DNA of 64,000 nt from an uncultured Alphaproteobacteria bacterium (GCA_905234185.1 CAJOGC010000003.1:31453-95452); one strand, 5' to 3'. Counted from the first letter of the stretch, positions 44,701 through 54,564 are shown. The notes: a model not told the origin generated them from the letters alone. Made by a program: numbers and translations.

Positions 44701-47243
44701 CCGAACAATGTAACATCTGCTTTCTTAATTTCTGCATCGGTCGTAACCGTGGCATCATTATCGGTCACAGAATACAAGACGCCCTGGTAATCACTGCTTG
44801 TCGTGCTGTTAATCGCCGCCGACAAACCACCGGCACCGATTCGATTAATTCTTATTTGACCATTGTTTTCGGTATTACCAACAACACCATACTCATAGTT
44901 GCTGGTATAAATCTTGTTACCATCAAAATTAATATTTCCAGCCGCCGCCAAATTCCGGTCTGCATATGTGCCGTCTAAATCGGACAACATTCTTAACCCA
45001 GACAAATTAATGGTGTCACCACTGGTGATATTAAATGTATCGATACCCGTTGCATTGGCATCCGCCAACAAACCGGCACCATCGGCCAATGTAATCTTTG
45101 ATGCATAGTCATTGATTGCATTATCCTGGGTATTCAACGCCGCAGGATTTTGCACAACAATGGTTGTATCGGTCAGTGTCATCGGGTCGCTTAAATGCAA
45201 CTGACCACGACTGACTGTAACAGTTTGTCCGTTCAATGAATTAGAAATATCAACCAAGCCTTCGCCGGTAATATTCAATGTTCCGGATGCACCATCAATA
45301 CCACCCGCCAGCGATATAACCGTGTCATCTGCGGCATTCATGTTAATCGTTCCGGCATTGTAAATATCATTGTCGGCACCGTTCGCGGTATTACCAAAGA
45401 ACGACACATCACCGGAACTGGCATTCAAATTCAATGTTGCACCCGATTTGTTGTATATAGCACCACCTTGTGTATTTGTTTTATTATTGATAAATGAGGC
45501 ACTATCAAAAGTAGCAATACCCGTATTTCTCAGGGCACCAGCTTCATTAGTTGAAGTGGATTCATTACCACTAAACATAGCATTTGCACCAAATGTAATA
45601 GTGCCATTGTTCCTAATCGCAGTACCAACATTATCAGAAAAGACAGCATTTTTACCAATATTAATGCTACTACCGGTACCTGACATAATAGCAGAAGCAT
45701 AAACACTTTCATTATCCTTGAACAATGCATTATCACCAATGGTTATCGATGCATACCCATTGCTACCACTAGCATTTGCCGCTCTCAATGCTGCGGAATT
45801 AACACCAGTATTTCCGCTAAATTCAATGTTATTACCGATAGTAACATCGTTGGCACCATAGAAGTATAAGGCACCGCCTTCAGAGGAATTTCCAGTGAAT
45901 TTAACATTATTACCAATGGTTACCGTTTTGGTTGAATCTGCTCTACCTTCGGAATAAATACCGGCACCCATGTTGGAACCACCTGTTGCGACATCTAAAT
46001 CACCCGCTTTTATAGCGGCTTCATTGTTTTTGAATATCACATCGTTACCAATCGTCAACGTACCCGTGTTAGCAATCGCTCCACCTTCGACATTGGCATA
46101 GTTATTATCAAATGTTGATCCTTTACTAACCGTCAATGTCCCAGTATTGTAGATCGCACCACCATGAAAACCAGTGTTGTTTTCAAAAGTACCACCAACC
46201 GTCAAATTACCTTGATTGTAAATCGCACCACCTTTACCGTTAACATACGTAGCTTCCCCAGCACCATTCGGTGTGTATGCACCAGTCGCTGTGTTATTAG
46301 TAAAAGATGTCTCACTAATAGTCATTGTGCTTTCATTGTAAACAGCACCACCATTTGTTGTCGCAGTATTACCTTCAAACGCTGAATCTTCTATATACAA
46401 ATTGGCATAATTGCCGGCGGCATCCTGCCAACCTTCGTTAAAGACCGCGCCACCTTTGTCGGCCGAATTTTCTGTAAATGTCGAATCGCCGACATACGCA
46501 GAACCGGCATGGTTTTCGCTGTTATAAAACGAATTAAAGATTGCACCACCACGGGTTCCCGCCTCGTTCCCCGTAAAGGTAGAAGAAACCACATCCATCT
46601 TGCCACCAACAGAACTGTTTGTTCCCTTGCCAGAATAACTTGTTTCTAGCCAATAGTTAATCGGACGCGTTGCAATGGCACCACCAATCGTCCCAGATGT
46701 GTTTTCTGTAAATGTAGAATCAGTAACCACCGTCTGACTTTCAGAGCCCAAGAACAAAGCGCCCGCACCATCACCCAAATTTGCGTAGTCAGCCGTGGCA
46801 TGATTGTTCGTGAATGTAGTGTTCGTAACAGAACTGCCCGGAGAGAATATAGCAACCGCGCCGAAATCACCCGCCTGGTTACCAGTTATTGTGGAATCAT
46901 TGATGGTCACAGAATGACTTTCACCATTTCCATATGCCTCTAAACTGCCATCATACAAAACAGCGGCCGCACCAGATTGGTTGTTTTCAAACGTTCCATC
47001 ATTTATCGTCAATTGGCGACCAGACCAAAATACGCCACCAACCTTATTATTGACAATACCACTCGCCACCGTGGAATTCAAAACCGTGTCTTCCTCTAAA
47101 ACTTGACGTTCCGTAATCGTCTCTGCCATCGCAGGGGCTGTGGCAATCAATCCCAGCGCAATCGCATTGCACAAAATACCGTGACGCAGAACAGCACGAT
47201 ACGCGGCGGTTAATTCTTTTAGTGTAGTTTTCGTTTGCTTCAT
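41790..47243 (-). CDS. trimeric autotransporter adhesin (YadA-type anchor) with a Pmp-type repeat head, 1817 aa
   Basis: Extended signal MKQTKTTLKELTAAYRAVLRHGILCNAIALGLIATAPAMA. Many GGA[IV]+FxxN pairs (GGAIYNQG, GGAVYNES, FTNN, FENN, FDNN). Long stalk. C-terminal anchor ...VGAGYGYFNGQSAAAFGAAMGLTNRWSINAGAGIS...GTNYKFKLF. Confidence 0.9.
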   Translation of the reverse strand: MKQTKTTLKELTAAYRAVLRHGILCNAIALGLIATAPAMAETITERQVLEEDTVLNSTVASGIVNNKVGGVFWSGRQLTINDGTFENNQSGAAAVLYDGSLEAYGNGESHSVTINDSTITGNQAGDFGAVAIFSPGSSVTNTTFTNNHATADYANLGDGAGALFLGSESQTVVTDSTFTENTSGTIGGAIATRPINYWLETSYSGKGTNSSVGGKMDVVSSTFTGNEAGTRGGAIFNSFYNSENHAGSAYVGDSTFTENSADKGGAVFNEGWQDAAGNYANLYIEDSAFEGNTATTNGGAVYNESTMTISETSFTNNTATGAYTPNGAGEATYVNGKGGAIYNQGNLTVGGTFENNTGFHGGAIYNTGTLTVSKGSTFDNNYANVEGGAIANTGTLTIGNDVIFKNNEAAIKAGDLDVATGGSNMGAGIYSEGRADSTKTVTIGNNVKFTGNSSEGGALYFYGANDVTIGNNIEFSGNTGVNSAALRAANASGSNGYASITIGDNALFKDNESVYASAIMSGTGSSINIGKNAVFSDNVGTAIRNNGTITFGANAMFSGNESTSTNEAGALRNTGIATFDSASFINNKTNTQGGAIYNKSGATLNLNASSGDVSFFGNTANGADNDIYNAGTINMNAADDTVISLAGGIDGASGTLNITGEGLVDISNSLNGQTVTVSRGQLHLSDPMTLTDTTIVVQNPAALNTQDNAINDYASKITLADGAGLLADANATGIDTFNITSGDTINLSGLRMLSDLDGTYADRNLAAAGNINFDGNKIYTSNYEYGVVGNTENNGQIRINRIGAGGLSAAINSTTSSDYQGVLYSVTDNDATVTTDAEIKKADVTLFGDGTGDGAKSVTLGANLSIDGDSSFVTENAKVEGTGSINNAEGGALGLNSSKIGVDVNNEGVAELVDSTFAAGNTFNNASGATTMLLNSEIYGTFRNFGIVHSDPTTVYGLYDNMGYTEFDADTFDTTAELRNTGTVDLKNDVTFASGATITGDGVINMLSGTTHFNNTASSNALMLASGAKFDGTLASTGVLDTRNSNIETSGDLGTVTGGDLYVDANLISGAIDTFAATTGANVKGIKLANTGYGTSNKVELDFGGATLDSNLEIEGMNYFTSVSKDGDKIVFSDKLINESGLDTKLGSWTDGNYIKSNTDMNTAADSDHLTVGDALTALDTQVKTNADAISDINASDPMTSGITAAKVSGYDAHIADADIHVTASEKATWSGKQDALTSDQLAAANSGITAAKVGTYDDVAAAVNDATTGLAATKAIADSAIQGVKVNGVALTPGTGNVVDITMTETANAGALHTAIDGIMSGTDSAKDKRTALAGLLTTGTYANQNLTSASTAEAVANYMQLTADVMSEYDFGWDLNAGLQHDLDGEGHYKIDVLNDAGVTNHTVAGAINANTAAIETNASNIADIVSGATIVAKAYGDEDGNNIKATYATKEEVTTGVTAVYNQAHNWAENLLGLDVDENVEDQLQHGLAALGGTNNIAATTVTGALHELDAEKAGLGTNNTFTGTNTFEGLLTANGGIATTTLAASGDASVGGDLSVTGDTTLGGSLKFAGTATANAIDNGSEAQTTGGANTLATVATVLASAGNATYTGAQVNGATTATTLKNALAATNAQVDTNTAAIGDVDYSDEAPSATTSFLAVSGGTTTVRGALDALDAGLSAHEDTLGDMTALSGAHVSATNTVAQNLDQLSMAVDAAADSAVATARTYTDQRVESLDKNLSAGVAGAVALSSVAVSGVERGEVSVGAGYGYFNGQSAAAFGAAMGLTNRWSINAGAGISNADVSFRAGTNYKFKLF

Positions 47244-47403
47244 GGGGGACTCTCCTTTCTTTTCTGAACCAGATTATAAAACATTATTTACGTTGTGCAA
47301 CTACTTTTATGTCAATACAAAACCTAAATTTATTCCCAACCAGACAGAAATTTACACTATAAACATAATCGTATTCTATTTTATTACCCTAAAAAATATT
47401 TCA

Positions 47404-47431
47404 TTGAAAAAATAAAATATAAATGTATAAT
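47404..47431 (+). promoter_or_regulatory. sigma70-type promoter for tRNA-Gln
   Basis: TTGAAA, 16 nt, TATAAT. The -10 ends 12 nt before the tRNA. Confidence 0.5.
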
Positions 47432-47443
47432 AGCCTTCGCCTT

Positions 47444-47517
47444 TGGGGCATAGTTTAATGGTAGAACATCGGACTCTGACTCCGCTAGTATTGGTTCGAA
47501 TCCAGTTGCCCCAACCA
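47444..47517 (+). tRNA. tRNA-Gln (anticodon CUG)
   Basis: 74 nt. Acceptor TGGGGCA/TGCCCCA (U1-A72), anticodon loop CTCTGAC, T-loop TTCGAAT, encoded CCA. Confidence 0.85.
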
Positions 47518-47523
47518 AAACAC

Positions 47524-48048
47524 CTATTCCGTTATCGGCAGCCAGAGTTTCATAATATCATCGTGATTCAGTTGCCTTTCAATTAATTTGACGGTTTCAC
47601 CAATCGTTTTCAACTGGATCGCTGTCCACCCCAGGTGCGATATTTTTGCATCGAACCACTGTGTGACAGATTCATATTCGTGGTCGTGCAAGATAAAGAC
47701 CTGTTCGAAATTGGCACTGAACCAATCACAAATCATTTCGATTAAACATACATCCGATATTCTGGAAACATCGCCATGATAATATTCCACATGGTGCGAT
47801 GCATGATTATGATGTGTATCATGCGCGGTTCTGAACAATTCATCATAATTTGACGGCAAACGATATTCTGGATGATATGTGGCATAGTTTTTGTATGCAT
47901 ATCCGGTTCGCATGGGTTCAATATTTTTATCGTTGTCATGTTCGGGAAAGTGGTGCCCAACCAACCCGGCAAAATAATTCACACATGAAATATGACATGC
48001 GGTCCGCTTTTCATGAAATTCATAAATCGTTTCAATTGGTGTCTTCAT
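47524..48048 (-). CDS. hypothetical His-rich protein (174 aa)
   Basis: GHHFPEHDNDK, HDTHHNHASHHVEYYH. Possibly a metal-dependent hydrolase-like fold, but the family is not confidently recognised. Confidence 0.6.
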   Translation of the reverse strand: MKTPIETIYEFHEKRTACHISCVNYFAGLVGHHFPEHDNDKNIEPMRTGYAYKNYATYHPEYRLPSNYDELFRTAHDTHHNHASHHVEYYHGDVSRISDVCLIEMICDWFSANFEQVFILHDHEYESVTQWFDAKISHLGWTAIQLKTIGETVKLIERQLNHDDIMKLWLPITE

Positions 48049-48162
48049 AAACAGTTATTTTATCACAAAACATTGGGAAAACAAACTATGTGTATTGCAT
48101 TTGTTCCTGTGGCGCACCCTGCCCTATCTGGCACAAAATACAAACAAACCAGGAGAATAAAT

Positions 48163-49242
48163 ATGAATAAACGAATCGTCGTTGCCGCAATCGCCGGCAT
48201 CATTGCAATTATAAACAGCGCGCCTGCATGCACTGGAATCACTTTGCGCGCAAAAGATAAGTCGGTCGTTGTCGCCCGCACCGTCGATTGGCACGGCGAC
48301 GAAATGAACAGCATGTATGTCATCGCGCCACGTGGACACACGCAAACTTCACTGACCCCGGGCGGTAAAATGGATGGTCATGAATTCACATCCGTTTATG
48401 GCTATGTCGGTATCGCGGTACAAACGCCGGACTTCATAATCGACGGCACGAACGAGGCAGGTTTATCCGCGGGCCTGTTCTATTTCCCGGACTATGGCGA
48501 ATATCCGTGGTATAACAAAAACGATAAAGAAAACAGCATTGCTGATTTCGAGTTAGTTGCATGGATGCTATCGCGGTTTTCAACAATCGACCAGATAAAG
48601 GATGCCATCAAAGACATCACCGTTACAAACATTGACCCATCTGCATCGACCGTGCATTGGCGCATTACCGACGCCACCGGCAAACAAGTGATTTTGGAAT
48701 TTATTGACGGTGCCGCGCATTTCTATGACAGCCTGGTTGGCGCGATTGCCAATTCGCCCGGATACCCGTGGCACATAACAAACCTGAACAATTATATAAA
48801 CCTACGCCCTGGCACACTGGATCCAAAACGACTTGGCGACATAACATTAAAATCGTTTGGTTCGGACAGTGGTATGTTGGGATTGCCCGGCGATTTTACA
48901 CCACCATCGCGTTTCGTTCGTGCCGCATTGTTAAGCAATTATTCGGTCCAACAAAAAACCGGCTATGAATCTGCGATGAAGGCGTTTCATATCTTGAATA
49001 ACCTGGACGTACCATTGGGTGTTGAATTTGATTATGGTCGCGCAACAAACAATATGCCGTCTGCAACCCAGTGGACCATCGCAACCGATTTAGGTGGCAA
49101 AGTTCTTTACTATCACACAATGTATAATCGTACAATTCGGTCGATTGACATGAACGATATTGACTTTGCCAATGTGAAATTCCAATACGGCCCATTGGAC
49201 ACGGTCAAAGTCCAAACAATTATTCCGATAAAAGTAAAATAA
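48163..49242 (+). CDS. periplasmic choloylglycine hydrolase / penicillin V acylase-family Ntn hydrolase
   Basis: AGGAGA RBS. The signal peptide ends ...NSAPA|CTGITLRAKD, giving an N-terminal nucleophile Cys. Start is the internal ATG of track ORF 47992. Confidence 0.85.
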   Translation: MNKRIVVAAIAGIIAIINSAPACTGITLRAKDKSVVVARTVDWHGDEMNSMYVIAPRGHTQTSLTPGGKMDGHEFTSVYGYVGIAVQTPDFIIDGTNEAGLSAGLFYFPDYGEYPWYNKNDKENSIADFELVAWMLSRFSTIDQIKDAIKDITVTNIDPSASTVHWRITDATGKQVILEFIDGAAHFYDSLVGAIANSPGYPWHITNLNNYINLRPGTLDPKRLGDITLKSFGSDSGMLGLPGDFTPPSRFVRAALLSNYSVQQKTGYESAMKAFHILNNLDVPLGVEFDYGRATNNMPSATQWTIATDLGGKVLYYHTMYNRTIRSIDMNDIDFANVKFQYGPLDTVKVQTIIPIKVK

Positions 49243-49306
49243 TTTTGTTTACCTTTTATTTTTTCGTGTAATAATCCCCATGTTTTAACCCAAGGGAGAT
49301 TATTAC

Positions 49307-50545
49307 ATGAAAATAAAACCATTTGCGGGCATTCGCCCACCACGCGAACTTGCCGCCGAAGTTGCATCGCGTCCATACGATGTTCTGAATTCAGTCGAAG
49401 CAAAAGCCGAGGCCGGTGAAAAATCATTACTGCACATCATCAAACCGGAAATAGATTTTGACCCAATTGCCGACGAACACGAACAGAAAACATACGACAA
49501 AGCCGTCGAAAATTTCAAGAAATGGCAAGATAACGGCTGGCTGGTCGCGGATGACAAAGAAATGTATTACATCTATGCGCAAACAATGGATGGCCACACA
49601 CAATATGGTCTGGTTGCCGCCGCAAATGTTGATGACTATATGACCGGCAAAATCAAAAAGCATGAATTAACCCGCAAAGATAAGGAAGATGACCGTATGA
49701 TTCATGTGCGCATCCAAAATGCGAACATTGAACCGGTGTTCTTTGCGTATCCTGATGTCGATGAAATGAATAAAATCGTCGCAGACTATGTTGCGGCCAA
49801 CGCCCCCGAATATGATTTTGTTGCGCCCGATGGTTTTGGTCATACATTTTGGGCGATTCGTGATGACGCGATTAATGCGCGCATAACCGAAATATTTAAA
49901 AATATTCCGGCAATGTATGTCGCCGACGGACATCACCGCACCGCCGCCGCTGCACGTGTTGGCGCAGAAAAGCGCGAACAAAACCCGAACCACACAGGCA
50001 ACGAAGAATATAATTACTTCTTGGCCGTAATATTCCCATCCAGTCAATTGCATGTTATCGACTATAACCGTGTTGTACGTGATTTGAACGGATTAACACC
50101 CGAAGAGTTCTTAAACAAATTGTCGGAATCTTTTGAAGTCACGGAAATTGGTGCCGATATTTACAAACCGAATAAATTACACAACTTTGGAATGTACCTG
50201 GATGGCAAATGGTATTCGTTAACCGCGAAACCGGGGACATATAATGACAACGACCCAATCGGCGTGTTGGATGTGACCGTTCTGTCCAACCTGGTGTTTG
50301 ACAAGATATTAAACCTGGGCGACCTGCGCACCAGCAAGCGTATCGACTTTGTTGGTGGTATTCGTGGACTTGGCGAATTACAAAAACGCGTTGATTCCGG
50401 TGAAATGGCGGTGGCGTTTGCGCTGTATCCGGTCACTATGCAACAGATTATCGACATTGCTGACACGGGCAACATTATGCCACCAAAAACAACATGGTTT
50501 GAACCAAAACTGCGCAGTGGCTTGGTAATCCATAAATTGTCGTAA
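49307..50545 (+). CDS. DUF1015-family protein
   Basis: MKIKPFAGIRPP...SRPYDVL..., ADGHHRTAAA, 412 aa. Confidence 0.85.
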   Translation: MKIKPFAGIRPPRELAAEVASRPYDVLNSVEAKAEAGEKSLLHIIKPEIDFDPIADEHEQKTYDKAVENFKKWQDNGWLVADDKEMYYIYAQTMDGHTQYGLVAAANVDDYMTGKIKKHELTRKDKEDDRMIHVRIQNANIEPVFFAYPDVDEMNKIVADYVAANAPEYDFVAPDGFGHTFWAIRDDAINARITEIFKNIPAMYVADGHHRTAAAARVGAEKREQNPNHTGNEEYNYFLAVIFPSSQLHVIDYNRVVRDLNGLTPEEFLNKLSESFEVTEIGADIYKPNKLHNFGMYLDGKWYSLTAKPGTYNDNDPIGVLDVTVLSNLVFDKILNLGDLRTSKRIDFVGGIRGLGELQKRVDSGEMAVAFALYPVTMQQIIDIADTGNIMPPKTTWFEPKLRSGLVIHKLS

Positions 50546-50550
50546 AAATT

Positions 50551-50570
50551 AACCGCCCATCCGGGCGGTT
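50551..50570. terminator. bidirectional intrinsic terminator
   Basis: aaccgccc-atcc-gggcggtt. Confidence 0.6.
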
Positions 50571-50572
50571 TC

Positions 50573-51004
50573 TTATTTTGTTTTTACGAAAAATGCTGAC
50601 TTATATTTTTCTATGTATTTGTTATATTCTTCTTTGTTGTCGTCTGCCTCTGTCTTTGCATTTCTTGCGATATCTTTCAACCCTTTGATAACCGCATTGG
50701 CATCATCCGACATATGACGGGTTACAACAGGAACACGACAAACCAAACATGGCGGAAAATGATATCTGCTATAATGCAAGTGTGGTTTCAGCCCCATTTG
50801 ACGCATCATAGAAAAATCCATATTGGCATAATAATTAAAATACAAATAACGTTTGCCGTTTCTTGCAGATACGTATTCTGGTCTACCATAACTTTCTTCG
50901 ATCAGTTTGGCATCAAACAACGGCTTTCTGACATACCAACTTTCCAATTCCCTGGTGGTATTAAAAATATTTTTCACTGTTTCTATAATCATATCAATTA
51001 ACAC
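50573..51004 (-). CDS. hypothetical protein (143 aa)
   Basis: ORF only. No recognisable family. Confidence 0.5.
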   Translation of the reverse strand: MLIDMIIETVKNIFNTTRELESWYVRKPLFDAKLIEESYGRPEYVSARNGKRYLYFNYYANMDFSMMRQMGLKPHLHYSRYHFPPCLVCRVPVVTRHMSDDANAVIKGLKDIARNAKTEADDNKEEYNKYIEKYKSAFFVKTK

Positions 51005-51072
51005 CTTGTTATTTTAATACACAACAAGTATAAACAAATTTTGGTTTTTGTCAACTATTATTACTATGACAA

Positions 51073-54000
51073 CTAAATACCAACACGATGTGTCAATTTC
51101 ATCATAAATATAGATTCATTGCCGAATTCGTTGGTATTATTCGGATTCACACGATATATAAAGCCCAACGCGCCGTCCGTAAATTCGCCAAAGTTATGAC
51201 GATACTCGCCGGAAAACCGCATTTCCCTCTTGTCCGCACGTAAATCGATTTCCGCGACATGCGTATCCGTAATATCCAGCGCATAATTACCGTCGTTTGT
51301 ATCAACAATATTGTAATCAGCATATGCATATTGCAACGCGCCATGCCGCACAGCCAACGGCTGGGCAACACTAAACCGGAAATTTCCAAAATCCGCCCCA
51401 AACGCAAACGCATTTGATTCGATTGTTGACACCCCCAGTACTAAATCACCCGCCCCGTCGGTTGTTGTCCGTGCAAATGTCGCACGCGCCGTTAACTTCA
51501 AATTATCAATTGGTCGGAAAATTAATTCATTATCAACATAAACCGTCTGACCCGCGCCCATGCTTAACAACCCGTCGGTATATGCCCCCAATACCGTCTT
51601 GGTTTCGTTTGCGTTTCCAACCATTGTATTGAAACCAAAATATTTTCCGTGCCACGCGACATCCGCACCAACACCATTAACAAAGCCCAACCGCCCCGGT
51701 TCAAAATTCGCCGCGACCGTCGGTTCATATTCCAACAAAGATTCATCCGTTATCGCCCCAGAAAAAGCGCGCGCCCCAAATGACCAGTGCCCAAAATTAT
51801 AATTTGCGTCTGTCACAATAGTATTTGACGACAACCCTAAAATCGGATTACTCATTCCCGAAAAACGCGAAACACCATCCGTAAAGTGACGCTGGTACCC
51901 GGCGGCGAAATCCCAATTACTGGTATGAAAATCCATTTTCATGCTATCCAGACCACCCATATAGTCATCATATGCACGTGCGGAACGCGTCACCGAAAAA
52001 CCAAATTTTCCAATTCGGCCATTACCATTATTATCTTCCCTGCGTGTCCGTAGTTCACCAAGAACATCCCCCATATACAAACCATGCCGTGAATTATTTC
52101 CAATTGTAAATTCGTTTGTCCAAACACGTGGCAACGACAATTCACCATCGATACTGGTTAACACATCAAATGCCGAAGCACGCACTGTTGCCCCACGCGC
52201 GCCGAACGCACCCGACATCCGAAAAGCGGTATTCGATGCGGCGCGCCAATATGCATTACCAGACGCGGATACAATGTCGGTTCCATTATAGTAATAGACA
52301 CTTTTGCCCGGGGTTGTTGCACGTTCAAGATTAATCAAACCATATCCGAACACCTGTTTAAACGCATCCAGGTAAGTTTTTAATCCCGCATCTACTTCCG
52401 CCTGGTATTCATTTGGCAATATGTATAAACCCTGTAAATACGATGTCAAACTGTCCCGCGTAGCAGTGGTACCATCAATTGTTCCCAAATAAGCCCCGTC
52501 CGCGGTTAACGCCGCCAGTGCAAATATTTGCTGACTTGTCAAATACGGGAACGCCGATTTCAGCGCGCCAAACGCACCCGCCGCCGAAGCCACCCCCAGC
52601 TCATCGGTTTGTCCCACTGCCGCAAAACACCACGGGTCAATTTCCCCAAACCCGGTTCCCGCAACACCACACTTACGTGCGCGATAATATTTGTCATCAG
52701 ATGTGTCGCCGGGTGTTCCATTGGTATCTTGCCATTGCATCAATGCATATTTGCCCGACGGAGTATACGATGAAATACTTCCCGTGTACGTTGTTGTTCC
52801 GGTCTGGCCAACCGTGACAATTGATGCAAACAGGTGTTCCATCGCACTGGTTCCCAGTTGCGAATCAGCGAAAACAATTGGTGCCGCATTTTCAAAAGTC
52901 GCATCCGCCGCCGGTCCAGAATAATTAGAATCTGTCTCTATCGCCCCGGTGGAAAATAAAACAATCGGAGAATACAACGATCCCAAATTATTGAAAAAAG
53001 ACACCGCACTGGCCCCTGTCGGATATTCTGTATTACTGCTGCCATAATTAGAATAAACATATTCTGTGAACTTAGATACATAATTCGATTTGGCATTCGA
53101 TAATAATGTAGCAACCGTCGGCGCATTCGTTGCATGCAACGGTTCAATAACATCGATATTTGCAAAAATATCGGGGCGCGAACGGGAACCATTATCCCCA
53201 CCTTGGTACAAATTGGCGGCTTTTAACAACGCCAAATAATTATAATAATCCGTTGAATTACCATCGACATCAACACCACCACCGGTACGGAATATCGTCA
53301 TTTGTCCATACGGCATAAATCCCATATAGTCCGGATCCGAAAAACCGGAATTTGCACCGCCAACAACCTTGGCCAACAAATTATCGTAATCGGTCGCATC
53401 CGCATTTTGAACCGCCGTACCATTACCAGACAAATCAAAAAAACTTACACGGGTATCGTCTTCGGCCGTACTTGAATTGGAAACAAGTGTTTCCGATGTT
53501 TCCCCAAAAGTAATCGCATTATTATAATACTTGCTGGACAAATTTGATATTTCTGGTTCAACAACAGATGTTCCATTAAGGCCGGTCCACGCAACCAATC
53601 GATCATCCAATGAATCCACCGCAGCGGTTATTTCGCCCGCGGGTTTTCCATGCATATTAATACCATTTGCCGTCACCAGCGCGACATTCACCGGCCGGCC
53701 ACCTTCGACCACATACGTTGATACTGTATAGTCATCCAACACGGTTTTGGGCACCGGTGTATGCCCCGAATCCGCATATCGCAATGTCCGTAATCCATTA
53801 TAACCACGCGCCATCGCGGAATAGCCATGCATCATTAATAAATAATTCTGGGTCATAGATGAATTATTCATCAATGTGTAATTTTTATAGTAAGAACTGG
53901 ATGTATCGGACGGACTGTAAAGATCCAGGTTATTCACGTAATTCGCACTTTCCGCCGCCGCATCAACCATCGCCGGCCCATATGGTGTTGTAAAGGTCGC

Positions 54001-54501
54001 CGTTGCGCCCGAACCGCCACCACCGGACCCGCCACCACCGTGCGATCCCTGGGACGAAGACGATTTATTTTTATTCCCCGGATCTAACCAATCAGTCAGC
54101 AAAAACAAACCGCCAACAACAACGGCGGCACCCGCCGCCGCTAATGTTATGCTTTGGGCAGATGATAACCCGCCAAACAAGCCCCCGCTACTTCGCGGTT
54201 TATTTCTGTTATTATAGTTCTTAATCTGACGATCACACTTTGATGCATCGGCGCCATACATCTGCAAAATTTGGGCCGCACGCACATCATCGTTCATCAA
54301 CGCGGTACATACAATGGAAAGCCCCGTTGAATCAACATAATTTACATCCGCACCATTGTTAATAAGAATCTGAACCTGTTGAATATCGGCATTTTTTGCC
54401 GCCGCCAACAACTGTGCGGCAACCATAAAGTCATTACTTGCGCCGAATGACATAAACGGTGTAAAGAACAACAAAAACGCGCAAAGCCTTACAAATCTCA
54501 T
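51073..54501 (-). CDS. large envelope protein: signal peptide, ankyrin repeats, G/S linker, central domain, C-terminal beta-barrel-like domain (1142 aa)
   Basis: Signal peptide MRFVRLCAFLLFFTPFMSFGA. Ankyrin-like AKNADIQQVQILINNGADVNYVDSTGLSIVCTALMNDDVRAAQILQMYGADASKCD. Hydrophobic LAAAGAAVVVGGLFLL followed by GGGGSGGGGSG. The last ~300 aa has an alternating beta-strand pattern. Confidence 0.8.
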   Translation of the reverse strand: MRFVRLCAFLLFFTPFMSFGASNDFMVAAQLLAAAKNADIQQVQILINNGADVNYVDSTGLSIVCTALMNDDVRAAQILQMYGADASKCDRQIKNYNNRNKPRSSGGLFGGLSSAQSITLAAAGAAVVVGGLFLLTDWLDPGNKNKSSSSQGSHGGGGSGGGGSGATATFTTPYGPAMVDAAAESANYVNNLDLYSPSDTSSSYYKNYTLMNNSSMTQNYLLMMHGYSAMARGYNGLRTLRYADSGHTPVPKTVLDDYTVSTYVVEGGRPVNVALVTANGINMHGKPAGEITAAVDSLDDRLVAWTGLNGTSVVEPEISNLSSKYYNNAITFGETSETLVSNSSTAEDDTRVSFFDLSGNGTAVQNADATDYDNLLAKVVGGANSGFSDPDYMGFMPYGQMTIFRTGGGVDVDGNSTDYYNYLALLKAANLYQGGDNGSRSRPDIFANIDVIEPLHATNAPTVATLLSNAKSNYVSKFTEYVYSNYGSSNTEYPTGASAVSFFNNLGSLYSPIVLFSTGAIETDSNYSGPAADATFENAAPIVFADSQLGTSAMEHLFASIVTVGQTGTTTYTGSISSYTPSGKYALMQWQDTNGTPGDTSDDKYYRARKCGVAGTGFGEIDPWCFAAVGQTDELGVASAAGAFGALKSAFPYLTSQQIFALAALTADGAYLGTIDGTTATRDSLTSYLQGLYILPNEYQAEVDAGLKTYLDAFKQVFGYGLINLERATTPGKSVYYYNGTDIVSASGNAYWRAASNTAFRMSGAFGARGATVRASAFDVLTSIDGELSLPRVWTNEFTIGNNSRHGLYMGDVLGELRTRREDNNGNGRIGKFGFSVTRSARAYDDYMGGLDSMKMDFHTSNWDFAAGYQRHFTDGVSRFSGMSNPILGLSSNTIVTDANYNFGHWSFGARAFSGAITDESLLEYEPTVAANFEPGRLGFVNGVGADVAWHGKYFGFNTMVGNANETKTVLGAYTDGLLSMGAGQTVYVDNELIFRPIDNLKLTARATFARTTTDGAGDLVLGVSTIESNAFAFGADFGNFRFSVAQPLAVRHGALQYAYADYNIVDTNDGNYALDITDTHVAEIDLRADKREMRFSGEYRHNFGEFTDGALGFIYRVNPNNTNEFGNESIFMMKLTHRVGI

Positions 54502-54564
54502 AAATTTCTCTCTGTGTTTGTAATCTTAACACATATTTTGTAATTCTGTCTAGCAAAAAATATA

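Noticed and set aside
51073-54501. Calling the 1142-aa protein a subtilase (S8) autotransporter
   Set aside because: One stretch resembles the S8 Ser-helix and C-terminus. I could not find an ordered Asp-His-Ser triad, and the C-terminus does not end in the usual aromatic residue. I left it as a hypothesis only.
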